A stretch of 63,961 bases of DNA, counting the filler, from Atractiella rhizophila (Eukaryota), in NCBI GenBank assembly GCA_021432655.1. It is 4 parts of 4 records of this genome, joined end to end, with 100 filler letters (N's around TTAATTAATTAA, not from the genome) between each part and the next. Parts side by side here need not be neighbours in the genome. Positions count along the whole stretch, not along the records: positions 1 to 28,937 come from MU271726.1; positions 29,038 to 53,429 come from MU271727.1; 2 more parts are not named here. The stretch is one strand, 5' to 3'. The notes beneath the pieces are model-generated. The model was not told the origin of the DNA, searched no databases, and saw nothing but the letters and a program-made list of their open reading frames with translations. The position numbers and the translations under genes are program-made. This document shows positions 24,076 through 34,619 of the stretch, in pieces (positions within the stretch are counted from its first letter, which is position 1; each line of letters starts with the position of its first letter).

Positions 24076-25710
24076 TGTTGGATTTTGCAGTCTAGTTTCG
24101 TGCCACTCAGTGGCAAAGTCCTTTAGTTTTCGGGAATGTTCTACTATTTTCTAGTTGCCACTGCTGTAAGCTATATAAACACATAGAATTCCATTTCCTG
24201 GTGCTCATGCGTTTGCAAGAGCTCAGCCAAACGTAACCAAGTCGTACTTAGCTCCGCTCCTCAGCCCGTCGATTTACAACACAAACGCATCCGGTTAGAC
24301 CACCGTCACCAGTCCAGAAGAGCGGATCTGTACGACCCACGCGCCAGCCATGTCGACCCACACTGTTGGAATTCATTCACTCATCCGCGAAATTCCAAAG
24401 CTCGATGGAACGAACTATGCAGACTGGAAATTTGCTGTTACCCTCGTCCTGAAGAAATGCAATTGCTGGGATATCCTTACAAGCACGACAGATAGTGTCC
24501 AGACAAGGACTGCATCCGATGAAACGAAGAGACAGCTTGAAGACTCACTTACAATAATTGGACTCAGCCTCGATCCATCGCAGTTCATGTATGTTCGAAG
24601 CAGCACTACTGGTCCAGAAGCATGGAAAGCCCTGAAGGAGAAGTATGAGAAATCCTCAAAAGCGAACAGAATCACCTTGAAACGCGCATTTTACACGACA
24701 AAGCATGATTTCAGCGCCCCCATTGAACAATTCATCTCCCACGTCCTTGAATCAGCATCAAAAATGAAATCAATCGGCCTAACCCTGTCAGACCAAGATA
24801 TTACGGATGTCCTGACATTCAACCTTGCAGAAACATGGGGAAGCCTCGCCAGCACGCTCATGGCCACGAAAGGGGAGCAGACAATTGATGAAGTCGTTTC
24901 AGCACTCAGGGATGAAGAGAGGAGAAGAGGTGGAATACCAGGAGAGATAGAGATAGCTGCAATGGCTAGAGCAGCGCCTAAATGGGGAAGGAAGGAACAA
25001 CAGAGGGAGAATAGTCGAAGATTTGAACGATATTCAGAATCCCAGAATAACGGTACCTCACGAGCTTGTTGGATATGTGGCAATCCCACTCACATTGCTC
25101 GAGATTGCGACAGAAAAGCGAAGCCACAGGAGAGTACACACCTAGCTATCAATGAAGCCTTGATAGATGCAGCTTTTTAAAAGAAGAAAAGAAGATTGAG
25201 GGGAGTAATAGTTGAATGGTCTCAAGATCCGGTGAAATTTGGCGAATGGAGGCCGTGTATCATCTTCAGGCGTAGGAAGAAGATCTTTCATCGTTGCTGA
25301 AGCATCATGGGACAGCTATGACCTCGTATTGATGTGCCTTGAAGCTGGCAGAAGCAAGAAATCGGCGGAAGTTTTGATGAGTATTAAAGTTTGAGATCCC
25401 CTTGTTGAGAATTGAATTGACTCTTGTTTACCTTTTAATGACCTTATCGATTAACTTTACTTTCTATTGATTACCTCGTGGCACTCCACAAGCCTGGGCG
25501 GAAGTGTTGGATTTTGCAGTCTAGTTTCGTGTCACTCAGTGGCAAAGTCCTTTAGTTTTCGGGAATATTCTACTATTTTTTAGTTGCCACTGCTGTAAGC
25601 TATATAAACACATAGAATTCCATTTCCTGGTGCTCATGCGTTTGCAAGAGCTCAGCCAAACGTAACCAAGTCGTACTTAGCTCCGCTCCTCAGCCCGTCG
25701 ATTTACAACA
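24076..25710 (+). mobile_element. Non-autonomous gag-only Ty1/Copia LTR retrotransposon
   Basis: 206-bp LTRs at 24076-24281 and 25505-25710 (TGTTGG..ACAACA, 3 mismatches); 5-bp TSD ATACT on both sides; purine-rich tract GGGCGGAAG before the 3' LTR; no pol. Confidence 0.95.
24350..25180 (+). CDS. gag: Copia-type Gag (UBN2-like) with CCHC knuckle
   Basis: IPKLDGTNYADWKF, EAWKALKEKYE and CWICGNPTHIARDC; intact 276-aa ORF. Confidence 0.9.
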   Translation: MSTHTVGIHSLIREIPKLDGTNYADWKFAVTLVLKKCNCWDILTSTTDSVQTRTASDETKRQLEDSLTIIGLSLDPSQFMYVRSSTTGPEAWKALKEKYEKSSKANRITLKRAFYTTKHDFSAPIEQFISHVLESASKMKSIGLTLSDQDITDVLTFNLAETWGSLASTLMATKGEQTIDEVVSALRDEERRRGGIPGEIEIAAMARAAPKWGRKEQQRENSRRFERYSESQNNGTSRACWICGNPTHIARDCDRKAKPQESTHLAINEALIDAAF

Positions 25711-26279
25711 ATACTTTAGCATTCTCTGCAATCAGTCCTCATTTTACTATATTTCACCATTGTTTTTCCTGTCCTTAAAGTTACTCTTTTGAGTGCATCT
25801 TTGTCCGCAGTTTCTTTGCCCATTATATCTGTTCACCCCTGTTATAATCTTTGCGTTGCAGAGCTGCATAGTCTTGTATACACATTAGCTCCTTAACTGA
25901 CTCAACAACAACAGTAACAACATGCTGTTACTGTAAGATATATGCTTAAAATTTCCCGGAAAGTTTACGACATTCTGCAGCAGGTTTCATTCACAAATAA
26001 TGTAGTTTTGTTGCAGGTTGCGGCGATAGTAGGCACGTTCCGTCTTGAAGGGGCAAAAATGTGCTCCATGGGGTCGAACCACGCTCAACAAAAGACGGCA
26101 CTTCTCAAGTCCTTTTCCTTCTATCCTTTTGATGAGAAGGATTCCTGACAAAGCGGTGTTTACATGAAATGAACACAGACACGTGCACTAACGCGTAACG
26201 CTTGACCAAAACCCAGGTTCCTCTTTCTGCTTTTCAACCCTCTAAAAATTGTCGTCTGTCAAGTCGAAGAAATCGAATA

Positions 26280-26603
26280 TTAAGGGAACTCACTATCCTC
26301 CATGGTACACCTATTATGTAACTCCCCCCACAATACCTCTGCATACCAACTACCAAAGGGTTTAGTACGGCCGCCAGGAAAACATAGAAACATACAAAAA
26401 CAAAACAGCAGTGCAAGGAGTACTAGTAGAATCCAGTGGGACACTGTGAGCAGTTGTTCTTGCTTCAGCTGCTCTCGAAGCAGGTGCTCTTGCTTTTTGA
26501 GCATTTGCTCCTGCTGTTCTTGTTGGTGTGTGATGTGGCTTGTGGTCCAGTCAGAGATTTTGAATATGACCGTCAGAAGGGAAACAATGATGAACGGGAT
26601 CAT
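26280..26603 (-). CDS. Small hypothetical membrane protein, copy 2 (paralog of 4186-4479)
   Basis: About 500-bp inverted duplication (about 26155-26670 versus about 4155-4650); ORF preserved with an in-frame 6-aa insertion. Confidence 0.5.
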   Translation of the reverse strand: MIPFIIVSLLTVIFKISDWTTSHITHQQEQQEQMLKKQEHLLREQLKQEQLLTVSHWILLVLLALLFCFCMFLCFPGGRTKPFGSWYAEVLWGELHNRCTMEDSEFP

Positions 26604-28755
26604 TCCTTTGCAAAAGCAAGCCGCATTGATATTAGCCCTCTTTTGTAGTTACAACACGGCCGACGGCCTTTGACAGTGAATTCGATTTTTGAATCGGCAC
26701 AGGAAGTAGTCCCTCTCGCGCGAGAGGCCGCGTCATCGCGTGAGATCAGGGAAAAGCACGCGCAGTGAGACAAACAACACTCCAGGTTTCCACACTTCTG
26801 ATTTTTGGGCGGTAGTGTTTGAACTACCACAGGAACAACCGGACCGTGATGTCTGTCTCGCGCTAGACTTCAGTAAACATGTTCCACTTTCCAGAGGAAA
26901 GCAAGTCGCTTGTCTCCACTGCGCGTGGTTTCCTGATCTGGCGCGAGAGGTTGAGTCATTGCGTGAGAGCAGGAAGTCGCACGAGAGGGAGAGTCGCGCG
27001 GGAGGGTTAGCCCGTTTGTTGCGGAAATTGTGGAGGTTAGTCATTTTTATTTATTTATTTTCATAAAACAAGTTGCTAATGGTCGCAACAGTTACCTGAA
27101 GGATGAATGCGATATTCTGCACTGGAGTGATTCTGGCAGATTTGGGTTATCACGGATGAAAAGTTGTTGATGAAGCAAGTTGCGTCGAAAATTGTTGAAA
27201 CAGAAAGACTACGCCAGCTTTGTGAATATTTTCCCAACCAGCTCGAATAAACAAAGCTGATTTGAGACAATCTCAGGTAGGTCAGCTCAACGTTAGTTGT
27301 CTTAACATTGATTTGAAATTCAACTGATCACGAATTGGATCTCCAGAAGCGCCACAATCCAATTTGTGTGTGAGACGTTTCCTGGTAATTACAAGGTATG
27401 CTTTTTTGTTTTTGTTTCGTTGAAATATGTTACTGACTACCAGTTTTTCTACCAAATACTTCAGTATTTTCTCTTCTCGTGGCTTCGAAGCAGAATGAGG
27501 TACTTCTGAGGTGTTCGATTGAATGAATTTGAAGTATTGGCAAACTGACAGTGCTCGGTAAGAGTAAAAGTTCAAGATTGACCTATTCTTGAGACGGACC
27601 TAGATGATACCAATCTCACCTAAACAACAAAAGAGGACAATCAAAATGACGATGGGGCGAATGACTTGTACAATATCATTTGGAGCGAGAGCTGCCACCT
27701 TGAACATGATGATACGTTTCAGGGGGTGACGCTTCCAATATTACTAACTACTCGCCCTAAATACTCGATGATTTGCAACAGGTGGCAAGCTTCAGCTCAT
27801 AATTAGAAGACACGAAAACGTGTTTGTCATAGCTCTCGCGCGACTCAGCCTTTCGCCCGAGAGGTTGGTTATAGGCGAGAGGAAAGTTGGAGGTGATCGA
27901 GGTTCATTGGGTCGGGCTCAAAGGCTGGAAATGAACTCACTCGCGCGAGAGCAGGTTATTGATGGCGAAAAGGAAGGGAAGGGGGAGTTTGTGCGTCGCA
28001 GCGGTTGTTCAATGATCAGTGTCGAGTGCAGTGCCTCCGCCTCCACGGTGGAAGTAAGGTTTTGAACACCTTGGATTTTGGATCTTTGGTCGTGCGGCAT
28101 TTGCGGTAATTTGCTATTCAAACTCTCAAGAAATGGGACCTTCTATCGCGCGAGAGTAGACTTCAGTCAAGTCGGTGCAATGCCTAGATCGAACGAGGCG
28201 TTTTGAACGCCAGCCACCGTTCGTCCAGGTCCATGATCAACTAGCATTATCCTCTCATTATAAGAGGACTTTTGCAGAGTTGCAGAGAGGAGAAAGGATC
28301 ATGGAGCCTCCCAAAAAACCTAAAAGAGTTTTCAGACCCAGTCAAAGGTTCCTGTTTCCCGCTAGTCTCACTCCTGTACTGAAGTTGTGGCAGGTGCATG
28401 GTGTGTGGCATTGTGTTTCAAAACATCATACCAATTATCATCTAGGAGTGCACAATAAGGAGAGTAGCCTGTGATAAAGTATTTTGTTGGTCTTAAGAAA
28501 ACTTGGATACTACTGATTTTTTGAAGGAAATGCCTCGTTGTACAGGCTGCTTGGCATGAAGGACCTTCTCAATTCTTAACAATCCTAAGCAGGAGGTCAG
28601 TCGAGGCGACAAATGTTCACGGCAATCTGTCGAAGAACAAAAGCGGCTTTTTCAGCATGCAGTATCCGGCGCTGACCCCGGCCGGTTGATGCAAGGTATG
28701 GCATGACTTGTCACGGTAAACAGGGTTACTTACATCTGACAAAGACAAACAACAA

Positions 28756-28937
28756 TTGTTGGAAGAGAATCAAAACTTGAAGGAGAAGAATCGAGAACTG
28801 GAGGAGGAGAATGCGAAATTACGAAGAAGGGTGTTGGAGCTGGAGAATGAAAAATTGAAGAAGAAGAACCGAGAGCTGGAGGGCAAGAATTTGGAGTTAG
28901 AAGGAAAGGTGTTGCAGCTGGAGGAGCGCCGACTACC
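28756..28937 (+). CDS. Coiled-coil protein fragment, cut by the assembly gap
   Basis: Repeated LE(E/N)ENxKLxxKxxE heptads running into the Ns. Confidence 0.4.
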
Positions 28938-29037
28938 NNNNNNNNNNNNNNNNNNNNNNNNNNNNNNNNNNNNNNNNNNNNTTAATTAATTAANNNNNNN
29001 NNNNNNNNNNNNNNNNNNNNNNNNNNNNNNNNNNNNN
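28938..29037. other. Artificial assembly spacer
   Basis: Exactly 100 bp: Ns flanking TTAATTAATTAA (stop codons in all six frames). Confidence 0.98.
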
Positions 29038-29038
29038 T

Positions 29039-30909
29039 GGTGTTGTATCGGGTTCGCACGCGTCGGGACCCGGTGGCATGGAATCAGGAGCAGGAAATGC
29101 GGAAAACGCGTCGGATCGAGCTTTTTTCGACTCCCTACAACGCCTGGCTAAGGAAGGACGACTTCAAGGCATCCTGAACGCGTCGGGTTGGGTGAATACT
29201 TCAGAATCGGCATCGCAGGTAGCCACCACCAAGTTCCTCGATTCTATTGGCAATCTTGTTCAAAATCTCACCAGCTCGGTTACGAAGGAGAAAGAAAAGG
29301 AGGGAGGAATGTCTGTGATAGATGGGACAGCAAGATTTTCAGGCGCGTGTCCTCCAGTGAGTGTTTCGTTTGTCGTCGGGAAAATGATGCTTGGAGTTTT
29401 GGGCGTCCGCCAGTTAGCTGGCGTTGTGCGTGCAGTACTGGTTAGCTGGGTTGCAGAAGCTGTTCTGGCAGCTTGCGTTGCGTTTTGCGTTAGAGCATTT
29501 AGCTCAGTTAAGAAGTATACAACTGTGTAGGCAGTTGTAAAGCGTCGCGTCACTGGTTAGCCAGTTCTTGCAGCGGTCTTGGCAGCTGCATTGCGTTGCA
29601 GTACTGGTCAGCCAGTTTTCTCGCGCAGTTGTGTTGACAACTGCATTCTTTGCGTTACTGGTTAGCCAGTTAGTGCAGCTGTGTTGGCAGCTGTCATGCG
29701 TTGCGTCACTGGTTAGCAGGTTAATAGAGCTGTGTGGGTACCTGCCTGCGTTGCGTTACAGGTAGCGGGATTGTTGGGAGACTGCATTATGTTCCAGTTT
29801 CTTGTCTTAATACAGTTGTGTTGTAGACTGTCATGGTGTGCTGTGTTTCACACCAAGTTTTAGGGGATTGTGATTGAGAATGGAGCTGATGAAATGTGCG
29901 GTGAGACAGTGGCTGCATGTCAAGTTGTATGAACATGCGAAGAAGAATCCGCACGCATTCCTCGAAATGGCCGCCTATTCGCCAGGATTCAACAAAACGC
30001 GTACCCCCAACATGTCAGACAAAGTCGCAATCGATCTCAACCTCGGCACCACAGTTTACGCCACCAACTCGGTGGAACATATCCTGAAGAACTTCAAAGG
30101 GAAGGACAAGCTGCTCTCCTTCGATGAATGGTACGGGGCGGCGAAGGTCCTGTTGAGAATTTTTCGAGAGGCAGAGGACAAGCACGAAGGAGCGGCGGTG
30201 TGTTGGGAAAGATACATTGATTTGGTGGAAGGTATCTACTACGGCGAGGGGAGAGGATCGGCAGAGAACTGGCCGGTCATCCGCGACGCAGATATTCGCC
30301 ACAGGAATCAACACGCAGTTTCAGGCAAGGATCTGGGGAATGGGTCGAGAGCGTGGCCCGATATCAGCAACTCGGCTGTGTTCGAGTCGCTGTATCAGTC
30401 GGTGGTACGAGAATCGCTGCATTCGATCGTCTCAAGACCAACTGCGACGCCTTTTCCCTCACCCTCAAATCGCGCGCCTTCTCAGAGAAACGGCCAGCCC
30501 TTTCGGAGCGGCTCCACGTCTCCCTACGAGAGACGTCAATCGGCGGCAGGTAGCGTCGCCTTTAGCTGTTGCATCCAGTGTGGAAAGGATAAAGCGGTCT
30601 GCGGTAGTAGGACATGTAGGTCGATTGTAGTGTGCAGCGGTTATCTGGCTGAGCTCAAGAATAGGGCAGTGGTGCAAGGAGTCAACCACAGTGGCGGGTA
30701 AGCCCATCAAGAAGCAGTCCCTCCCTCGTTCCGCCCTCCTCGACCCCCAAGGACGCGTCGCATGTTCTCAGTTCAACATCAACCATTGCAACTTCAACAC
30801 AAACTGCAAGTACAACCATTCGTGCACTATCTGTGGAGAAGCCCATTCAGCCAGACAATGCCCATCCGTCGAAACTAGACGCGGCAGCGCCACTTCCTCC
30901 TCGTCCTGA
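29039..30909 (+). CDS. ORF1 Gag-like protein, spliced (predicted introns 29357-29909 and about 30616-30664)
   Basis: Frame open from the gap; GTGAGT donor at 29357 and GCTGAT..ACAG acceptor join in frame; CIQCG and CSQFNINHC..C.Y.H.C..CG..H....C zinc fingers typical of Ngaro ORF1. Confidence 0.7.
29410..29860 (+). repeat. Tandem array (about 51-54 nt period) of twin-hairpin units
   Basis: Units start at 29437, 29552, 29603, 29657, 29708 and 29758; consensus ACTGG-TTAG-CCAGT, spacer, GCAGCTGT-GTTG-GCAGCTGC, then TGCGTTGCGT. Confidence 0.85.
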
Positions 30910-32815
30910 ACGAATTCTTCCTTCGCCGCCGCCGACACTTTCTAGCAAAGATTTCGTGCGAGCGAAGGAATTGGTGACGCCTCTTAATACGCCGGTGTGG
31001 ATCAATGGTTTAACGGTTTCAGGACTCCTGGACCAGTTCCAGGATGTGGTTTCTATTCTGGCTCACGGTTTCAAAGTGGACGGACTCAACTCCCCCCCTT
31101 CCTTCACCTTCACTCCCGACAACCACCCCTCAGCTGCGCAATACCAATCATTCTTAGATGAGTACGCAGCGGAGGAAGTGCTTTTAGAGCGGTATGCGGG
31201 TCCGTTTACAAAGGAGCAGGTTGAGGAACTGCTAGGCTCCCCTTTTCAGTCATCGCCTTTGGCAGTCGTTCCCAAGTCGGAGCCAGGAGAATTTCGTTTG
31301 ATACAAGATTTATCTTTCCCCAAGGACAGGAAAGTCCCTTGGTGGTTGTGGAAAAGGTGGAAGAAAGATAGGAGGGATTACTATGCAAGAAAGAAAATGG
31401 TGTTGAAGAGGGAAGGGAAGTTGTTCGGGAAAGTGGTAGATTGGGCGGAGCTGGTGGATAAAGAGCGGTTGGATGAGGGAGAGGAGCGAGCGATAGGGGC
31501 AGGACAAGACGGCGGGCCTCTGTCGGTGAATGCAAGGGCGGAAACGGAGAAGTACGAGTGCGGATGGGATTCATTCAAGGACATGGCGGCAGCGGTTTTG
31601 GAGGCTCCACCTGGCGCTCAGGCGGCGGTCGTGGATGTCAAGTCTGCCTTTCGCCTCATCCCCTCTCATCCATCCGTTCGATGCTGGCTCGTCGTTCAGA
31701 TCCGACCGGGACATTTCTACATCGACAAGTGCGGTTGCTTCGGTTTGGCACCAATGCCGATGATCTACGGTCGAGTAGGGGATGCGTTGGTGGCGCTCGC
31801 AGAGTTCCACGGTTACGGCCCCATCAAGAAGTGGGTGGACGACAAGGCGATTTTTCGTTTCCCGCCTTACAAATATGACCTGGCAGGCTTCTTCAGCGGC
31901 ATGGTCTCTTATGGCGTGGCGTGGAAAGAGGCAAAATGCAAGGATTTCGCGTTTCGTTGCCCGTACGTCGGGTTCGAATGGGATCTTTCGTTGAAGACGG
32001 TAGAGCTGAAGCGGGAGAAGGATGACAAAATCTTAGGAATGGTGCGAGAATGGTTGGGGGACGGGTTTGTGTGCACGGCCAAGGACGTAGAACGCATGCA
32101 CGGGCGCCTGGTTCACCTCACGTACATCATTCCTCAAGGCAAACCATACTTGGCCAGCTTGATCGCATTCCAGAAGGAATGGGGCTTCCAGCCTTCAGTA
32201 CCCCGTTCGCTCAACAACTCAGTCCGCGCGGATTTGGAAGTCTGGTTTTTCTTCCTCACTCACGCCCCCATTCGCCAGCTAATCCCTTCTGTTGCTCCGG
32301 TCGACATCTCTTGGATCGGAGACGCGTCTACATCGTTCGGGATGGCGGCTATTATTGGCGATTATGCGGCGCTTTGGGTATGGAAGGGGGGACCTGTGGA
32401 AAATACGTGGATTGGATGGGGTGAAATGCTCGCGGTGGAATTGGGGTTGAGATTACTGGATTGGATGCTGGACAAGGGCTTTCTTCGTTTAGGACCGCAC
32501 GAACGAACAATTCTCGTCAGATCAGACAATTCGGGAGTTGTAGGCGCCGTCAATCGAGGAAGGTCGCAAAACGTTCCGATCAACGAGTCGCTGAAGCGAG
32601 TGTACGAGCTGCAATTCGCCAGGGGTCTGACAGTGCACTCGCAGCATTTAGCGGGTAAGGAGAATCGCTCAGATGCTCTATCCCGAGGTTCCTTTTCGCG
32701 TTTTCGCCGCGATTTTCCTCATTGCAAGGTAGTAGAGATTATGGTCCCTCACGAAATTTCGAAATTTGTGGGTTTATGGCCAAAGCCATATGAGGCGTCA
32801 TTCGATTTCATGTAA
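30833..32815 (+). CDS. ORF2 reverse transcriptase-RNase H of the YR retrotransposon
   Basis: SSPLAVVPK, RLIQDLSFP, DVKSAFRLIP, FGL, KWVDD and YVGFEW; RNase H DASTSFG, EMLAV, RSDNSGVV and NRSDALSR; open for 660 aa. Confidence 0.95.
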   Translation: MEKPIQPDNAHPSKLDAAAPLPPRPERILPSPPPTLSSKDFVRAKELVTPLNTPVWINGLTVSGLLDQFQDVVSILAHGFKVDGLNSPPSFTFTPDNHPSAAQYQSFLDEYAAEEVLLERYAGPFTKEQVEELLGSPFQSSPLAVVPKSEPGEFRLIQDLSFPKDRKVPWWLWKRWKKDRRDYYARKKMVLKREGKLFGKVVDWAELVDKERLDEGEERAIGAGQDGGPLSVNARAETEKYECGWDSFKDMAAAVLEAPPGAQAAVVDVKSAFRLIPSHPSVRCWLVVQIRPGHFYIDKCGCFGLAPMPMIYGRVGDALVALAEFHGYGPIKKWVDDKAIFRFPPYKYDLAGFFSGMVSYGVAWKEAKCKDFAFRCPYVGFEWDLSLKTVELKREKDDKILGMVREWLGDGFVCTAKDVERMHGRLVHLTYIIPQGKPYLASLIAFQKEWGFQPSVPRSLNNSVRADLEVWFFFLTHAPIRQLIPSVAPVDISWIGDASTSFGMAAIIGDYAALWVWKGGPVENTWIGWGEMLAVELGLRLLDWMLDKGFLRLGPHERTILVRSDNSGVVGAVNRGRSQNVPINESLKRVYELQFARGLTVHSQHLAGKENRSDALSRGSFSRFRRDFPHCKVVEIMVPHEISKFVGLWPKPYEASFDFM

Positions 32816-33079
32816 CCAACAGCATGTCGTAGCAAATTAGTTTTTTCCTTTTTCAGTTTTCAGTTCATTGGTTCACTGCATGGGCACTTGGGCTTTCATC
32901 AAATTATCACCAGCAAGGCGTATTAGCAGATGTTTTTGTACTTAGTGACGACGTGCAAATATCCCAATTATCAAGGTTGTTTGACTTATATACAAACTGT
33001 CTGTTGGAGGAAGAGAGGCAAGTACATTGAAGCTTGATGGTGCGTATTGGAACGCAAGGTTACCAGAACCATCACCATC

Positions 33080-34269
33080 ATGTCTCGTTACCAGGACCTT
33101 GTACAACAGGCACAACAATCGGCTTATCGTCGACTATTGGCTTATGATCCACAGCTTTTGTTTCCAAAGGTCAAAGCGCAAGATAGAATTTACAGTGGAA
33201 ACCAGAGTAACACGTCCAAGCGGTCTACAGCCACCCTCGACTTCAAAACCTGGTTGCCCTCGCGTCTGCAGCTTCCCTGGATGAATCGACGCGTAAATCA
33301 TACGGTTCAGGATTAGCGAAGTACCTAGAATACTGCGGGAAGATGAATTTGCCTCAAAGCGAAATCTTCCCGGCCTCGAAAGGCATGATTTTAGGTTTTG
33401 GTTTATGGACGTGCTTAAAAGAAGATGGAGGAGTGGAAGGAGAAGGGCCTAAGAAGTTGGTTACGCCGCAGACAGCACAGAAGTACGTCACGGCACTTCA
33501 TTCGTGGCATACACACCATGGATTGCCATTCGCACTCTCCTCAAAGGAGGATTGGGATTATTTTCATTACCTCATGCGCGGCGCAAAGAAGTTGCGAGGA
33601 GAAGAGCTTAAGGCTCCTCGCCCTCCAGTTACGCTACACATGCTCCGCGCCTTACACACTGGGCTGGACTTTCGCAACTCATTCGACTCCTGTTGTTGGG
33701 CGGTCGCAACATCTACCTTTTTTGGTTTGATGAGATTGGGAGAAGCTACCGTGCCCAGCAAACCGGAGCATGCACGACACCCAGAGAAATACATCCCTCT
33801 TCGTAACGCGACTTGGAATTCCGACAATTCAGGCGTCGGGTTTCTGAAACTATCCCTTCCGCACGATAAGACGAAGAATCGCGTTTTGCGACCGGGAGAG
33901 AACCCAAACGTTTTTCTGCCGCGACAAGCAGACCTGAAATTGTGTCCTGTGGAAGCTTTAGCCCACCACCGATCAATTACCCCGTTGCAACCAGACAACT
34001 TTCTGTTTTCATACATTGACCGCAAGACCCTTCATATGCAACCAATGACGAGACAAGCCTTTCTGAAACGCGTCAACGAAATTTGGGAAGCCGCAGGTTT
34101 GGAACGTGATGTATCAGGACACAGTTTTCGAATTGGAGGAGCCTCCTTTTTCCTGGGACAAGGGATCTCTCCCCTCACCGTACAATGGGCAGGCAGGTGG
34201 AAATCACTGGCATTCACCTTTTATATTCGAGCTTATGAGGACATCATTCCTAAGTCGTTGGCAATTTGA
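33080..34269 (+). CDS. ORF3 tyrosine recombinase; catalytic domain intact (33343-34269), N-terminus apparently disrupted
   Basis: STRKSYGSG (N-terminal SAM-like domain), FFGLMRLGE, HDKTK, GHSFRIGGAS and GRWKS.AF..YIR; apparent frameshift near 33190 and in-frame TAA at 33208. Confidence 0.9.
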
Positions 34270-34619
34270 GTAGGTAGGATCACTTAACTCACGTCTGAGG
34301 TACCTACTGATTAGGTGTGGTAACACGCTTAGAATGTGGTTATTTATGTTCACTGATCAATGAAATGTTTTCTCCTACCGCCAGGTTGTGGGGCGTGCCG
34401 CAAGCAGCAGGCTGTCGGTTCGTCGAACCCTTAGTGGGGTGCGCCTGCTTTCCTTGCGTCCCCCTTCAGGTAGCGTAGCTTAGCGTTCGGAGCTCGTTTT
34501 TGTGCAGGTTTCGTGCTTGCTTTGCAGCGCTTAGCTTGCATTCCGCGCGCCTCTTCACGTCGTACGAGGCACGTGCTACCGACCTCCGACCGCCCGGCTC
34601 CGCTCCACCCAACTTGGCC

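Larger units (their letters stand above)
29038..34612 (+). mobile_element. Ngaro/DIRS-type tyrosine-recombinase retrotransposon; 5' end lost in the gap, 3' end approximate
   Basis: Gag-like ORF1 with zinc fingers, an overlapping RT-RNase H ORF2 and a tyrosine recombinase ORF3, all in the same orientation. Confidence 0.92.

Noticed and set aside
28982..28993. TTAATTAATTAA palindromes (also in the 53430 and 62531 gaps)
   Set aside because: Artificial six-frame-stop linker inside uniform 100-bp N spacers; not biological.
29552..29712. Minus-strand units resemble tandem micro-introns (GT...CTAAC-CAG)
   Set aside because: Acceptor and next donor share one G, the branch-to-acceptor distance is zero, and G-U pairing favours the plus strand.
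29437..29760. CRISPR-like reading of the repeat array
   Set aside because: Eukaryotic context, no cas genes, and the whole unit is homologous, so there are no unique spacers.
29568..29765. Short hydrophobic ORF over the hairpin array, and the many antisense ORFs in the track
   Set aside because: By-products of repeat composition or shadows of real genes on the other strand.
29410..29860. Hammerhead ribozyme (retrozyme-like) reading of the array
   Set aside because: No CTGANGA/GAAA catalytic core in the repeat units on either strand.
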